Source of the DNA: Octopus vulgaris
Taxonomy: Eukaryota
NCBI GenBank assembly: GCA_951406725.2
Contig: OX597830.1
Span: forward strand, 21,948,001-22,012,000
Length of the DNA stretch: 64,000 bases
Reading direction: 5' to 3'
The notes beneath the pieces were generated by a model. That model did not search any database. It was not told the DNA's origin and saw only the letters and a list, made by a program, of their open reading frames with translations. Each line of letters starts with the position of its first letter. Positions within the stretch are counted from its first letter, which is position 1. Below are positions 52,289-61,149 of the stretch, piece by piece. The position numbers were made by a program, and so were the translations under genes.

Positions 52289-55200
52289 GTATATGTTTGT
52301 CTCCCCAACATCGCTTAACAACCGATGCTGTTGTGTTTATGTTCCCGTAACTTAGCCTAGTACGATAGAATAAGTACTAGGCTTACAAAGAATAAGTCCT
52401 GGGGTCAATTTGCTCGACTAAAGGCGGTGCTCCAGAATGGCCGCAGTCAAATGACTGAAACAAGTAAAAGAATAAAAGAGTATAGTATAACTGTTTGTAT
52501 CTATTTCCTTACTTGCTTTACAGTGTTAACAATGTCAAGACAGTGTAGAAATTGTTTTGTTATGTCTGCAGACAATTTATTGTAAAAGTTCAAAAATGTA
52601 CAAAAGAAGATTTATAAACTATACATTGTCTGTTCTCTTGGAGATCAGGACAAGTTATGGACACCACATTTTGTCTGCTCAGCTTGCTCAAATGGCTTAC
52701 GTGACTGGTTCATTAAGAAGAATGGCAAAAGTCCATGCCTTTTGCCATTCCAATGATATGGAGGGTGATGAAAGACCACTTTAATGACTGCTATTTTTGC
52801 AAAATAAATGTCACAGGATTCTCTATGAAGAATAAACACAAAATTGTGTATCCCAATTAGGATTCTGCAATGAGACCTGTGCCTCACAATGGAAGTCTGC
52901 CAATTACAGTTCCACCAGATGATGGTATTGAAACATCAGATGATGATGCTGACTGTCACGATAGTGCTGCCAAGGAAGATTACATGGCTGATGATGATAG
53001 CTTTGAACCTCAGAAATTTTCCCAAGCTGAACTGAATGACCTTGTCAAAGACCTATCTCTCTCAAAAGATAAAGCAGAATTGTTGGCATCAAGACTGAAG
53101 GAGAAGTATCTGCTAGAGTATGGTGTTCATATAACTTATTTTTGGCAGAGAAATGTGTTTCTACAAACATGTTTTTCAGTTGAGAGCTTGCTTTGCTTTT
53201 GCAGTAACATCGATGGACTTTTCCATAATGGTAATTTGAAACTCTCCATTCCTACTGCACACTCTGTTCATCTTCATGAATCATGAAGAATATGGAACTT
53301 TTACATCATGCCACTGCCTATGAAAGATACTCATGGAAAATAGATGGAGATTTAAAAATCATTGGAATGTTAATGGGAATGCAGTCAGGTTTACTATTGT
53401 TTCTCGTGTCTATGGGATAGTCGGGTAACTGACAGACATTATTCGGAATCAAACTGGCAGACAAGAACATCATACAAGCCAGGACTGTCTACCATCAAGA
53501 ATACATCTCCTGTAGATCCATGTAATGTCCTACTGTCTCCTTTACACATAAAGCTTGGACTGATGAAACAAGTTTCTAAAGACACTAGGGAAGAGAAATG
53601 CCAGAAGGTTTGAGTATATTATAGACAAGTTTGCCAAAATCACACAGGCGAAGTTGAAAGAGGGTATCTTTGTCGGACCCCAAATTAAAGAAGTACTCAA
53701 AAATGTCAACTTCAAGACAATACTGGACGAACTGAAACAGCCTGCCTGGAAAGCTTTCAATTGGATCTGAGAGAATTTCTTGGGCAACAAGAAGGAAATG
53801 AACTGCAAGGATGGCATCAAGAATCTTCTGATGTTACTCAGCAATGGGTTGTTGCATGTCACTGGAAGTTCACTTCTTGGACTCCCATCTGGATTTCTTC
53901 GCAAATAACCTTGGAGTAGTGTCTGATGAACATGGTGAAAGATTTCACCAAGACATTAGTGCTATGGAGAAACAGTACCAAGGCTTCTGGAATGACAGTA
54001 TGCTGGCTGACTACTGCTGGATACTTTACCATGATCAACCAGATTAGGAACACCGCAGGAAATCTAAATCTCAATGTTTCTAACTTTGTTGTTCTAACTT
54101 TGTCTGTTTTGTCCATCCCATTTTTTTGTGTATTCACTCTTTGTAGAATGATAATGAGGATTTTTAACTCAATAAACTCATTTACTTTCTAAAAATGATA
54201 TGTCCTTAATTATTACGTTAATGATTTCATATATACAAATATGCAAATATTTGCATGTATCGACTGAAAAACTGATATACGCTGCATACAAATGGAGTGA
54301 AATTTTGAAATCAGCATGAAAAAATAATCTAAAAAAAGTTGGGTTGGCATTCATAATGAGAATAATACATTTAATTTTGTTGACCAGTGTTATTACTGGT
54401 GTTGACATTTATCTCCAGGTCAACTCTGATCACACAGACCTATGACAAAAAGCACTCCACCCATGACCACCATCTCTTTTGTGTATCCAATATGCCTTTT
54501 TTTTTATAAGATGGTTGGAGAGCTGTGATTTTAAGATTTGGCTGCTATTTCTATTGGGTTGAAAAACTATGTAAGAGACCTATGTTGCTGGTTAGTTTTT
54601 GGTGATGCTGTGCTATTGTTGTTGTTGATCTCCAAGTCAATAATAGTCATTATCTTCCAGAATTACATTATTCTAATGTATCTTCTTGTTATTTAAGATG
54701 GTAGTGTATGACCTGAAGAGCGATTTGGCAGCTATTTCTAGCAGGTCAAAAAACTGAGTAAGAGGGTCTTTCACTGGTTAGTTCTTGATATTGCTGCTGC
54801 TGCAGCTGCTATTGATCCCTGAGTGTTTTAAACCTACAATCGAAGGCATTCTGGTCATAATCTCCCCACAACTACATTATCTAATGTGTTTTTTTTCTAT
54901 TTAAGATGGTAGTATGTGTTCTGAAGGAAATTTTGGCTGCTATTTCTAACATATGGAGCAACTACATAGTGTTTGGTTCACTGCAACTGATGCTTATGCA
55001 ATACACTAGGTAAGCTTATTTCGATAATGTCAGTTAAGTTGGCATGTATTAGATGAAACTTACCGAGACAATATTCTATGAACAGATGCTCTTGTTGTCA
55101 CCAACCTTTAACTGTTTTGTCAAGTAAATAATTTTTATTCCACTGGTCCTCACATGAAACTGATGTAACTACCAAACTACAGATGATATTGTTTACAAGT

Positions 55201-58200
55201 GATGTAATCAATTGTACCACTGCTCAGATATACACATATATATTCATGCATAAGACTGATCCTGCTGGCAGCGTAAAGCACTTGTGGAGGTGCCACGTAA
55301 AAGCACTCATGCAATGCCATATAAAACTGCCCATGTAGTGTCATGTAAAAATGCCTGTGTAACATAACATAAAAGTGCCTGTGTAGCGTCACATAAAGCA
55401 CCCGTGCACCGCCACGTAAGAGAACCTGTGCAGGGCCATGTAAAAGCACCCATGCAGTGCGCATATTATACACATTGTGGCGTTAGGAAGGGCATCCAGC
55501 TGTAGAAACACTGCCAGATCTGACTGGCCTGGTGCAGCCTTCGGGCTCCCCAGACCCCAGTTGAACCGTCCAACCCATGCTAGCATGGAAAGCGGACGTT
55601 AAATGATGATGATGATGATGATGATTATAGACAGGCAGACAGTTCTGCAATTTCTTCTATGTAACACCACATTAAAGCACCCATGTAGTGCCAGGTAAAA
55701 ACAGCAAGCTAAATCAAACTGGAGTCTGGTGCAGCTCCCCAGCTTGTCAGCTCTGGTCAAACTCTCCAACCCATGCCAGCACGGAAAACAGATGTTAAAT
55801 GATAATGATGATGATGATGATGCACATATTATAGACAGACAGACAGACAGACACAGATAGATGATGGTGATCTCTCGTAGTCTGAGAAAGACAGCTGTGC
55901 AATTTCTTGCTGAACAACCTGCACAAATGACTGGTTTATATTGATCGAATGTATGTGCTGTACATTAGCTCACTTCCTCCAGCAAATCAATGTTGGCTAA
56001 ACAGAGGCATGGTGTACCACACACCAGGTGTTGAAGTGAGCACAGAGCAATCTGGGATGAAGTGTTTTGCTCAAGAACACAACACACCACTCAGTCCAGG
56101 AATTGAAACCATGACCTCAGAAGCATGAGTGCAACACTCTAACCACTAGACCATGCACCCTCGTATAGATATATACATACATATCATCATTATGATGGTT
56201 CCCTATTAATGTCCACTTGTCCATGTTTGCACAGGTCAGGCAGTGTATTGAGGCAGATTTTCAATGGCCAGATACTCTTCCTGTTGCTAACCCTGACCTG
56301 TTTCCAAGTAAGGTAATATTTACCCATGGCCAGGTATCATCATCATCATCATCATTTAACATCCACTTTCCACGCTGGCATGGGTTGGATGGCTTGAGTG
56401 AGGACTGGCGAGCCAGATGGCTGCACCAGGCTCCAATCTGATCTGGCAGAGTTTCTACAGCTGGATGCCCTTCCTAACGCCAACCACATCCGAGAGTGTA
56501 GTGGGTGCTTTTACGTGCCAGTCAGGTGGTACTGGTAACAGCCACACTCAAATGGTGTTTTTTATGTGCCACCTGCACAGGAGCCAGTCCAGCGGCACTG
56601 ACAATGACATGCAGAATGTTGGAAGTGAATGACATGGCTTATATAGTAGTGTCACTCATTTACAACTATCATGCATTATCCAAACAAGGAGACACAAATG
56701 TATACACACTCCCACATGCTGTCCTCATTCATACACATCACATGACCAAACCATTATAGTCTTCTCTCTTGTAAACATCTGATTCCTCTTATGCCTAACT
56801 TTCTCAACACATTTCCACTTTGTCAAACTTGCACCCTGATGTTGCCCATCCATCGGGGCATACTAAATTAATTTCTCTCTGCAGGTCTTCACAAGTCTCT
56901 TGCATTCAGGGCCCACGTATCACTACCACAGAACATAGACATTTATAAACAAGCATCATACAATCTGAGAAAGAGGTCTTCTGTTGCCAACAGATGTAAT
57001 AGCTCTTTGGACTTCCTCCATCCTATTTTTATTCTTGCAACTATATTTTCAGAATATCCCCCTTCCACTGCTAATTTGGTCACCTAGGTAACATAAACTA
57101 ACAACAGCGGTTCTCAACCAGGGTCCATATAAGATTTTGTTATTAAAATTTACCATCAATAAATTTGTGTCGGTGGCATGTAAAAAGCACCATCCGAATC
57201 GTGGCCAAAGCCAGTGCCGCCTTGACTGGCTTCCGTGCAGGTGGCACGTAAAATGCACCAATCCGACCGTGGCCGATGCCAGCCTCGCCTGGCTCCAGTG
57301 CAGGTGGCACGTAAAAAGCACCCACTACACTCACGGGGTGGCTGGTGTTAGGAAGGGCATCCAGCTGTAGAAACATTGCCAGATAAGACCGGAGCCTGGT
57401 GCAGCCTTCTGGCTTCCCAGATCCCCAGTCGAACCGTCCAACCCATGCTAGCATGGAAAGTGGATGTTAAACGATGATGATGATGAAATTTGTTATATAT
57501 CTATAATGCACAAAATATTTTAACAATTATTTTTATGCAACTGCAAACTATTTACTTATAAAAATATAATAGGATTTTTTAAACACTGAATGGTTATGAG
57601 GGTTAACCAAAGCAAAACAAAAATCAAAGGGGTCCATAAATAAAAGAATTGTTGAGAAACACTGATCTACAAACTCTAGGGATCCTCCTGAATACCTAAG
57701 AAAATCTAAGTCTACTGTTCCTGCACATCTGCCACATACAAATGCTACTTCCTCTGTTAACCTGTGCATGTGTGCACGTGCACAAGTACACATGTGCACA
57801 GAGCTTCAATTTATTTCTGCCAACGAAATAAATTGATCTGCGAAAGGTTATAGCAGAAGAAACTTGCTCAAGGTACCATGTAACAGGACAGAACCCAAAA
57901 TCAAATGGTTGTAAAGCAAACTTCATATATACTTATGTCTGCACCTGATATACAAAAGAGAAAGTACTATGCCATCAATTATCCAGACATTCCACACCCT
58001 GGTTAAAGGGCTGAATATGGCCCCTTTTACCCTTTAGCATTCCGATTATTCTGTCTAATGTAATGCTTATTTATTCCCATTGTTTTGAATTAATCATGAA
58101 TAATCACAAAGCTTTGAGATTTCAATAATGTGACTATTTTTAGCAAGGCATTGTAGGGTAGGTGTGAGAGGCTAGATGTGGTTAGTTTTAACATAAAACA

Positions 58201-58804
58201 GAATATTTGAGCTGGATATATGACCAGTTTAAATGCTAAAGGGTTGACTTGTGAGGTTAGTCAAAGGCTGAAGAAGAACACTGACCATGACATTTAGAGG
58301 ACTGCTCACATTTTGCTTCCCAGCCACATGGTTTCAGGTTCAGTTCCACTGCATTGCACCTTGGGGGCAGGTGTCGTCTACTATAGCTCTAGACTGATCA
58401 AAGTCTTATCAAAGTCTGATCAAAGAAGGACATTGTGTGTGTGTGTGTGAAGGGGTGATGTCTTGACATCAAATCTAAGTTGTAAATGAGCATCACCATC
58501 ATACAAGTGGTGTTGCTCCTTCCAATCTTCCAAGAAAGGTAATAGTTCCAATAATGGGAAAATACTACCTTGATTGTAAAATAGGTGATAGGAAATGCAT
58601 TCAGCCATAGAAAATCTATCTCAACAAATTCCATCAGACCCATACAAGCATGGAACAGTGGATGTGAAAATGATAATGATATCTGTTAGTGAAGTAACTA
58701 AGCCAATACTTGCCAGTTTAGCAAATCGAGTGACAAAAGTTTCTATAATTACCTGAAATCTGCAAATTGTCAATTCCACTATGGTTTTCTTCCTCTAAAG
58801 GAAT
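1371..58804 (-). CDS. SAFB: SAFB/SLTM-family RNA-binding protein gene, 5'-partial, 19 exons (join 58804-58753, 51288-51263, 43184-42939, 37226-37193, 34818-34608, 30061-30027, 29178-29150, 27101-26584, 25716-25676, 23159-23068, 21650-21501, 18754-18676, 16401-16211, 14646-14387, 11522-11424, 8578-8435, 6465-6262, 4760-4624, 1792-1371)
   Basis: Hand-traced GT-AG exons with consistent phases, total 2970 nt. The [78 protein letters not shown] matches the SAFB RRM as I recall it ([48 protein letters not shown]). Domain order acidic-RRM-R/E-Gly-rich and the C-terminal RRF fit the family. Confidence 0.88.
1812..2135 (-). mobile_element. RTE-tail SINE/short retroposon, (ATG)n tail; family also at ~8700-8995, 19100-19408, 41177-41345, 55480-55625, 57168-57485, 63075-63222
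   Basis: Recurrent motif catcatcatcgtttaacgtccg...ctacagctggatgcccttcctaacgccaaccactccgagagtgtagtgggtgc. Confidence 0.8.
3509..3746. mobile_element. Tc1/mariner-type MITE
   Basis: TIR ttgggttggtgcataattattgtggc / gccgcaataattatgcac...caa, flanked by TA. Confidence 0.75.
3747..4125. repeat. Degenerate (TA)/(CA) microsatellite with higher-order repetition
   Basis: Direct observation; source of several spurious YI/MH ORFs. Confidence 0.9.
4624..4760 (-). CDS. SAFB: SAFB-like exon (137 nt)
   Basis: ttctccag acceptor, G|gtaaaa donor; [19 protein letters not shown]...RNSP; phase 2 to 1. Confidence 0.85.
4880..5770 (+). mobile_element. Decayed RTE-type LINE: RT fragment (+) joined to an inverted endonuclease fragment (-)
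   Basis: [14 protein letters not shown]...LLYAGD and VNLAKTKVL on +; EGKRLLEFC...[10 protein letters not shown]...SQIDY on - from about 5570. Confidence 0.8.
6262..6465 (-). CDS. SAFB: SAFB-like exon (204 nt)
   Basis: tccacag acceptor, AG|gtaaaa donor; [20 protein letters not shown]...DKFD; phase 2-2. Confidence 0.85.
7260..7730. repeat. ~26-bp minisatellite grown from a SINE internal unit
   Basis: Repeated ggtgctttatatgtggcaccggcaca, directly continuing the SINE at 7095-7260. Confidence 0.85.
7735..8289 (+). mobile_element. Internally deleted mariner element
   Basis: TIRs ttgggttgtcc(a/g)gaaagt; ORF 7917-8216 with [19 protein letters not shown] (transposase C-terminus). Confidence 0.88.
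8435..8578 (-). CDS. SAFB: SAFB-like exon (144 nt)
   Basis: tttcttag acceptor, AG|gtatgc donor; [15 protein letters not shown]...LIPES; phase 2-2. Confidence 0.85.
10953..11377. mobile_element. MITE with 8-bp TSD and internal (TTAGGG)n
   Basis: TIR ggatcttttcgg(c/t)ttgaa; TSD ataaagtg at 10945-10952 and 11378-11385. Confidence 0.88.
11424..11522 (-). CDS. SAFB: SAFB-like exon (99 nt), R/E-rich region
   Basis: atttcag acceptor, AG|gtaaga donor; [32 protein letters not shown]; phase 2-2. Confidence 0.85.
11713..12029. mobile_element. Foldback MITE with ~120-bp TIRs and 8-bp TSD, nested in a piggyBac-like MITE
   Basis: Arms ggcgttccttcgtttt...gaggaggaga / tctcctcctc...aaaacgaaggaatgcc; TSD cataattc at 11705-11712 and 12030-12037. 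Confidence 0.9.
12788..13225. repeat. Degenerate (TG)-rich satellite (tgtgaggttg units)
   Basis: Direct observation. Confidence 0.9.
14387..14646 (-). CDS. SAFB: SAFB-like exon (260 nt), Arg/His/Glu-rich
   Basis: gttgtag acceptor, AG|gtaacc donor; [23 protein letters not shown]...[10 protein letters not shown]; phase 0 to 2. Confidence 0.85.
14716..15368. repeat. 25-bp minisatellite, ~26 copies
   Basis: Unit gtgacac(c/t)ggcacagg(c/t)gctcttac; period 25 (e.g. 14831 to 14856). Confidence 0.92.
16211..16401 (-). CDS. SAFB: SAFB-like exon (191 nt), Lys-rich
   Basis: ttttgtag acceptor, AAG|gtaagt donor; [15 protein letters not shown]...KDPWAKAK; phase 1 to 0. Confidence 0.85.
16645..17145. mobile_element. 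pogo/Tc1-mariner superfamily MITE, nested in a piggyBac-like MITE
   Basis: TIR cc(a/g)taaatcctcgagtata(a/g)tcc; TA TSD at 16643-16644 and 17146-17147. Confidence 0.88.
17700..18260 (-). mobile_element. Decayed CR1/L2-like LINE 3' fragment
   Basis: Minus translation [31 protein letters not shown] resembles the CR1-group C-terminus FKxxLDxxLxxIPDxP...NSLLDW. Confidence 0.5.
18290..18617 (+). mobile_element. Helentron/DINE-like non-autonomous element
   Basis: (CAGA)n followed by the terminal hairpin aacctcc...ggcggaggtt. Confidence 0.5.
18676..18754 (-). CDS. SAFB: SAFB-like exon (79 nt), immediately after the RRM
   Basis: ttttgcag acceptor, A|gtaagt donor; [26 protein letters not shown]; phase 0 to 1. 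Confidence 0.85.
19431..19816 (+). mobile_element. Non-autonomous Helitron
   Basis: 5' TC start in a TA tract, subterminal hairpin cctgagcaacgccggg, 3' CTAG at 19813-19816 followed by T; no TSD. Confidence 0.8.
21501..21650 (-). CDS. SAFB: SAFB-like RRM second exon (RNP1 RCYGFVIM)
   Basis: ttccag acceptor, ATG|gtaagt donor; [50 protein letters not shown]. Confidence 0.93.
22414..22855 (-). mobile_element. Short retroposon with internal inversion; family member at 29690-29990
   Basis: Shared start catcatcatcc...ccctgttaacaggggtggc; 22690-22855 is reverse-complementary to 29825-29990; 7-bp direct repeat aggtaat at 22407-22413 and 22856-22862. Confidence 0.65.
23068..23159 (-). CDS. SAFB: SAFB-like RRM first exon (RNP2 LWITGL)
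   Basis: tttgtag acceptor, TGG|gtttgt donor; [30 protein letters not shown]; phase 1 to 0. Confidence 0.9.
24026..24231. repeat. 85-bp near-perfect inverted repeat (arms 24026-24110 and 24147-24231), probably a Penelope-like element remnant
   Basis: Arms are reverse complements with one mismatch; the 36-nt spacer is a hammerhead core. Confidence 0.9.
24107..24150 (+). ncRNA. Minimal type I hammerhead ribozyme, variant core GUGAACA (C3G:G8C), G12A in this copy
   Basis: gtca-GTGAACA-g-gtcgc(ggatttta)gcgac-AAAA-atat-TT-tgac: stem I, core, stem II, GAAA changed to AAAA, palindromic stem III, UH. Confidence 0.65.
24272..24600 (+). mobile_element. tRNA-derived SINE; family also at ~49080-49400, 51584-51837, and on - at ~20760-21075
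   Basis: A-box tggctcagtggttag, B-box gagttcaattcc, conserved tgttcttgagcaagacactttatttcacgttgctcc. Confidence 0.8.
25676..25716 (-). CDS. SAFB: SAFB-like micro-exon (41 nt; alternative in-frame donor at 25688 gives 29 nt), module B
   Basis: Poly-T ccag acceptor; [13 protein letters not shown]; A|gtaagaatc donor; phase 2 to 1. Confidence 0.75.
26584..27101 (-). CDS. SAFB: SAFB-like exon (518 nt), acidic/low-complexity, module B
   Basis: attgtttag acceptor, AG|gtgaag donor; [12 protein letters not shown]...[18 protein letters not shown]...DVKTK; phase 0 to 2. Confidence 0.88.
27442..27731 (-). mobile_element. RTE-related short retroposon with 5' inversion and 14-bp TSD
   Basis: TSD tctttatgttctaa at 27428-27441 and 27732-27745; tail 27442-27501 is inverted relative to the body when compared with copy 34111-34490. 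Confidence 0.85.
29150..29178 (-). CDS. SAFB: SAFB-like micro-exon (29 nt), module B
   Basis: Poly-T ctag acceptor, AAG|gtcagt donor; ESVNVAEKK; phase 1 to 0; similar to micro-exon 51263-51288. Confidence 0.75.
30027..30061 (-). CDS. SAFB: SAFB-like micro-exon (35 nt), module A
   Basis: ttttcag acceptor, C|gtaagaatc donor; [11 protein letters not shown]; phase 2 to 1, needed to join 34608 to 29178. Confidence 0.75.
31473..32734 (+). mobile_element. Full-length decayed mariner (transposase pseudogene ~31646-32660)
   Basis: TIR ttgggtcatcccataaataat, TA flanks; WVPH, VTGDEK and [17 protein letters not shown] motifs with stops and frameshifts. Confidence 0.92.
34111..34490 (+). mobile_element. 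GC-rich RTE-related short retroposon, uninverted copy
   Basis: Highly similar to 27442-27731; ends gccgactcaacccgcccaggatgaatgtcgccacaagta (RTE-like 3' end, by recall). Confidence 0.7.
34608..34818 (-). CDS. SAFB: SAFB-like exon (211 nt; NAGNAG acceptor 34818/34815), module A
   Basis: [24 protein letters not shown]...KEGKTK, paralogous to the 3' part of exon 26584-27101; AG|gtattg donor. Confidence 0.82.
34870..35320. repeat. Degenerate (GTA/GTG)n low-complexity tract
   Basis: Direct observation. Confidence 0.85.
36050..36640 (+). mobile_element. RTE-type LINE 3' fragment
   Basis: [12 protein letters not shown]...[13 protein letters not shown]...[16 protein letters not shown]...[11 protein letters not shown]. 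Confidence 0.85.
37193..37226 (-). CDS. SAFB: SAFB-like micro-exon (34 nt), module A
   Basis: ctttcgttgtacag acceptor, G|gtttgt donor; [11 protein letters not shown]; phase 0 to 1, bridging the flanking exons. Confidence 0.7.
38165..38380. mobile_element. Tigger-like MITE
   Basis: Ends cagtaattcctcg / gagattactg followed by TA. Confidence 0.6.
40220..40439. mobile_element. piggyBac-like MITE (family 2; related pieces at ~12565-12780, 16560-17280, 37985-38760)
   Basis: TTAA at 40216-40219 and 40440-40443; CCC...GGG termini (cccattcattac / gtaacaaaaggg). Confidence 0.8.
42410..42869. repeat. CpG-rich ~139-bp tandem repeat (3.3 units) inserted with a 15-bp TSD
   Basis: Units start at 42415, 42554, 42689, 42835; flanking acaaaataaaacttt at 42395-42409 and 42870-42884. 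Confidence 0.92.
42939..43184 (-). CDS. SAFB: SAFB-like exon (246 nt), module A
   Basis: attgtttag acceptor, AAG|gtaaag donor; [23 protein letters not shown]...VCNTEK, paralogous to the 5' part of exon 26584-27101. Confidence 0.85.
43356..43575. mobile_element. piggyBac-like MITE (family 1; copies at ~11675-12190, 29360-29590, 38913-39120, 58030-58243)
   Basis: ccctttagca...tgctaaaggg followed by TTAA; repeated internal ttattcacattgttttgaattaatcat. Confidence 0.8.
44824..44859 (-). ncRNA. Decayed minimal hammerhead ribozyme in a Penelope-like terminal repeat remnant
   Basis: Minus strand tct-CTGATGA-agggtcctgttgtct-GAAA-ta-tt-aga; stem I tct/aga; stems II and III weakened by apparent CpG decay. 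Confidence 0.55.
46801..47383 (+). mobile_element. R4/Dong-like non-LTR retrotransposon 3' fragment (restriction-like endonuclease) inserted in (TAA)n
   Basis: RHDSV...ILWD...NRLDVVV...LIDVSIP...[13 protein letters not shown]...PIIVGALG; (TAA)n on both flanks. Confidence 0.8.
47604..48891 (+). mobile_element. Full-length mariner (irritans/Himar-like), transposase 47771-48821 broken by two frameshifts
   Basis: TIR cgaggg(a/g)cgttcaataagtaatgcc(t/c)ctgacccactt, TA TSD; [27 protein letters not shown] motifs. Confidence 0.95.
49935..51230. mobile_element. Dense cluster of one SINE family (about 6 copies on -, one fragment inverted); family also at 10095-10760, 27880-28370, 46150-46770, 59885-60100
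   Basis: Repeated aaaggatgaaaggcaaagtcaacct...gaatttgaactcagaa...ctaagcattttgccc separated by (TAA)n. Confidence 0.85.
51263..51288 (-). CDS. SAFB: SAFB-like micro-exon (26 nt), module A
   Basis: ttttcttttgtag acceptor, GTG|gtgagt donor; NSNMAESV; phase 1 to 0. Confidence 0.72.
51438..54389 (+). mobile_element. Chapaev3-type (CMC superfamily) DNA transposon, decayed transposase ~52532-54100, two nested SINEs
   Basis: TIR ca(c/t)tggtcaa, 3-bp TTA TSD (51435-51437, 54390-54392); motifs [54 protein letters not shown]. Confidence 0.8.
52083..52480 (+). mobile_element. Full-length tRNA-derived SINE (most abundant family; many copies on both strands, e.g. 4126-4580, 25250-25612, 30235-30615)
   Basis: tggctgtgtggtaag...ggttcagtcccactgc.tggcaccttgggcaagtgtcttctactatagcc...gactgaaacaagtaaaaga. 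Confidence 0.85.
58753..58804 (-). CDS. SAFB: SAFB-like exon (52 nt), most 5' exon found in the window
   Basis: ttctttatccttacag acceptor, G|gtaatt donor; [17 protein letters not shown]; phase 0 to 1. Confidence 0.7.
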
Positions 58805-59187
58805 CTGTAAGGATAAAGAAGAATCAAAAATCTAATTGTTATTTTTTGTTTATTTAATATCTGTAATTTAATTGAAGTTAACTTTGATTAAAGTTAATTA
58901 AGACAGACCAGTGATAGATTTAGAGTGAGAAGTATACATGTTTGAAAACAATGGACATTGGCAGAAGGGAGAAAGGAAGAGTTAAGGGTAATCAAGAAAT
59001 ACACTGAAGATTGTAGGTTAGCAATATGCAGGCTCATGCAAAGCTGGTTATAGGTCCATGCCAGATGTGAGATGTAGATCTCATGTCAAAAGATAACAGG
59101 CCAAGACAAGATGTGAACTCCAATTTCACACTGCCCATCAAGTGTTTTAATACTCAGTGCTAAATATAGGATTTACATACGAGTCAC

Positions 59188-59225
<38 letters not shown>

Positions 59226-60779
59226 ATATGGTATGTATGATGTACTTACAAGTCATACATTAGAATAAAAGCCCTACGTAGAACTATTTATAACAAAACA
59301 ATTCTTTACCAAAGGAGCCCCCATTTGCTACTAACTGGGGAAGAAGAGAGAAAAAGGCTTTCTTGAAAATCTTCAGCTGATATGTGCCTCCTACCCCATC
59401 CCACAGACATGCACAAAAACATCTGCTCAAGCCTAATAATATATGCATTAGACCCAAACAGACTGACAGGAACACAAAATGGTATGAAAAGCTATGAAGT
59501 GAAGATTACAGATTACTTCAACGGAAGTAAAAGGTAAGTTCTATTATACTGAGGATGTGGATATTGCAAGTAGAGTTAATATAGGAGGTAGAATTAATAA
59601 TAAAATAACAGGTTTCACAAAACACAGACATGCATGTTGAAATGTATGTAAGTAGCAGGTTTGCTTCCACTGTTGTAAATACTTGTCTTCTATTACAATT
59701 CCATTCATGTATACTGTATCCCAGTTTTAGAAGAGATATGCTACATGTTGTAAGAAGGGTGTTTTTATGTTATAAGAAGGATTGCTAATAAGATAAGCAC
59801 CTGATCATAAAACACTGTTTCAGAAAAACTGTTGACCCAACCCAGCATCGAAAAGCAGACATAAAACACAGGTGACAATAAATATTGCTTTCAAATTTTG
59901 GTACAAGGCCAGCAGTTTTGGTGGAGGGGGAAAATCAATTACGTCGACCCCAGTGCTCAACTGGTACTTATTTTATTGACTCCAAAAGGATGAAAGGCAA
60001 AGTCGACTTCAGCAGAATTTGAACTCAGATTGTTAAGATGAATGAAATGCTACTAAGCATTTTGCCTAGCATGCTAATGATTCTGCCATCTCACTGCCTT
60101 GGTGACAATGAATATTATAATTCCATTCCCATCTGAGGTGCCCTGTTCAAGTAAAAGACCAACCCTAGTACTTGGCTGATGCTTTTAATTTTATCAACCC
60201 CAGAAGGATAACAGACAATGTCAACTCCAGTGGGATTTGAATTCAGAATGTAAAGAGACACAATTGACTAACAACAGGCATTTGTTGATAAGTCTACCAA
60301 AGCCACCACCTGAGTGTAATCTCCTGGATGTTCAGTATAAACTTGTTGTTCAATTGCTCTAATTTATTTTCATTTCTTTTTTTTTTTTTAACCAAAACAC
60401 TCATGAATACCTGGGAATGTTGTTTCTAAAGGGATTAACTCAGTTTACCTATAGATTCCATATTTAAAAAGGTCAGGGGAGAAAACATTTTTTTTTCTTT
60501 GTTACTTGTGATTTGTGATGTTTGTAAGTCCATACCTGTTACTAATTACATTTAATTCACTACATCGTGTAACACAATTTTTGCCCTTGGATAGTAACAG
60601 TTATTTCTTATTTGCTTAGCCATAGAAAGAATCAAATATGGTTAATATTTCCTTCAAACTTTGCTTTTGTAAAATTTATTCAAACCCCTAAGAATCCCTC
60701 CCAACATATGGCTATAATGCTCCCCCACTACTCCTGCTCGTGATCAGAGATGCACATATTGTCAGCCACTAAGGGACAT

Positions 60780-60911
60780 AATACAGTTCTATATTTAAGA
60801 GATGAGGAATTATGTATATTATTTACATTTGACGGATATTTGTCCTCGTCTTGTTTGTTTGTTAACAACAAACAAAATGAGGATAAATATCCGTCAAATG
60901 TAAATAATGTA
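60780..60911. mobile_element. Small palindromic insertion with 12-bp TSD (possible Penelope-like fold-back remnant)
   Basis: Hairpin 60818-60908; TSD actaagggacat at 60768-60779 and 60912-60923. Confidence 0.7.
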
Positions 60912-61149
60912 ACTAAGGGACATGTTCAAGTGGATAAGGTCAAGCAAATCTGTGCTATTGAGCAGAATATTTGCTATAATGATATCTCTGCTTCAGCAAC
61001 TCAGTATCGAATCTATCTGAAATGTAATGAAAAATAGGTCAGTTTCAAAATACTGATGTTCAGGTCACAAAAGCAAAATCTGAAGGGAATAGCAGTCACT
61101 TCTTTTGATTTCTAGATAGAGGCAATTAAGAAATAACACTTACTGACTA

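Noticed and set aside
60940-61016. Good-looking minus-strand acceptor (ttacatttcag) upstream of the first exon found
   Set aside because: All three frames reach stops before a credible donor.
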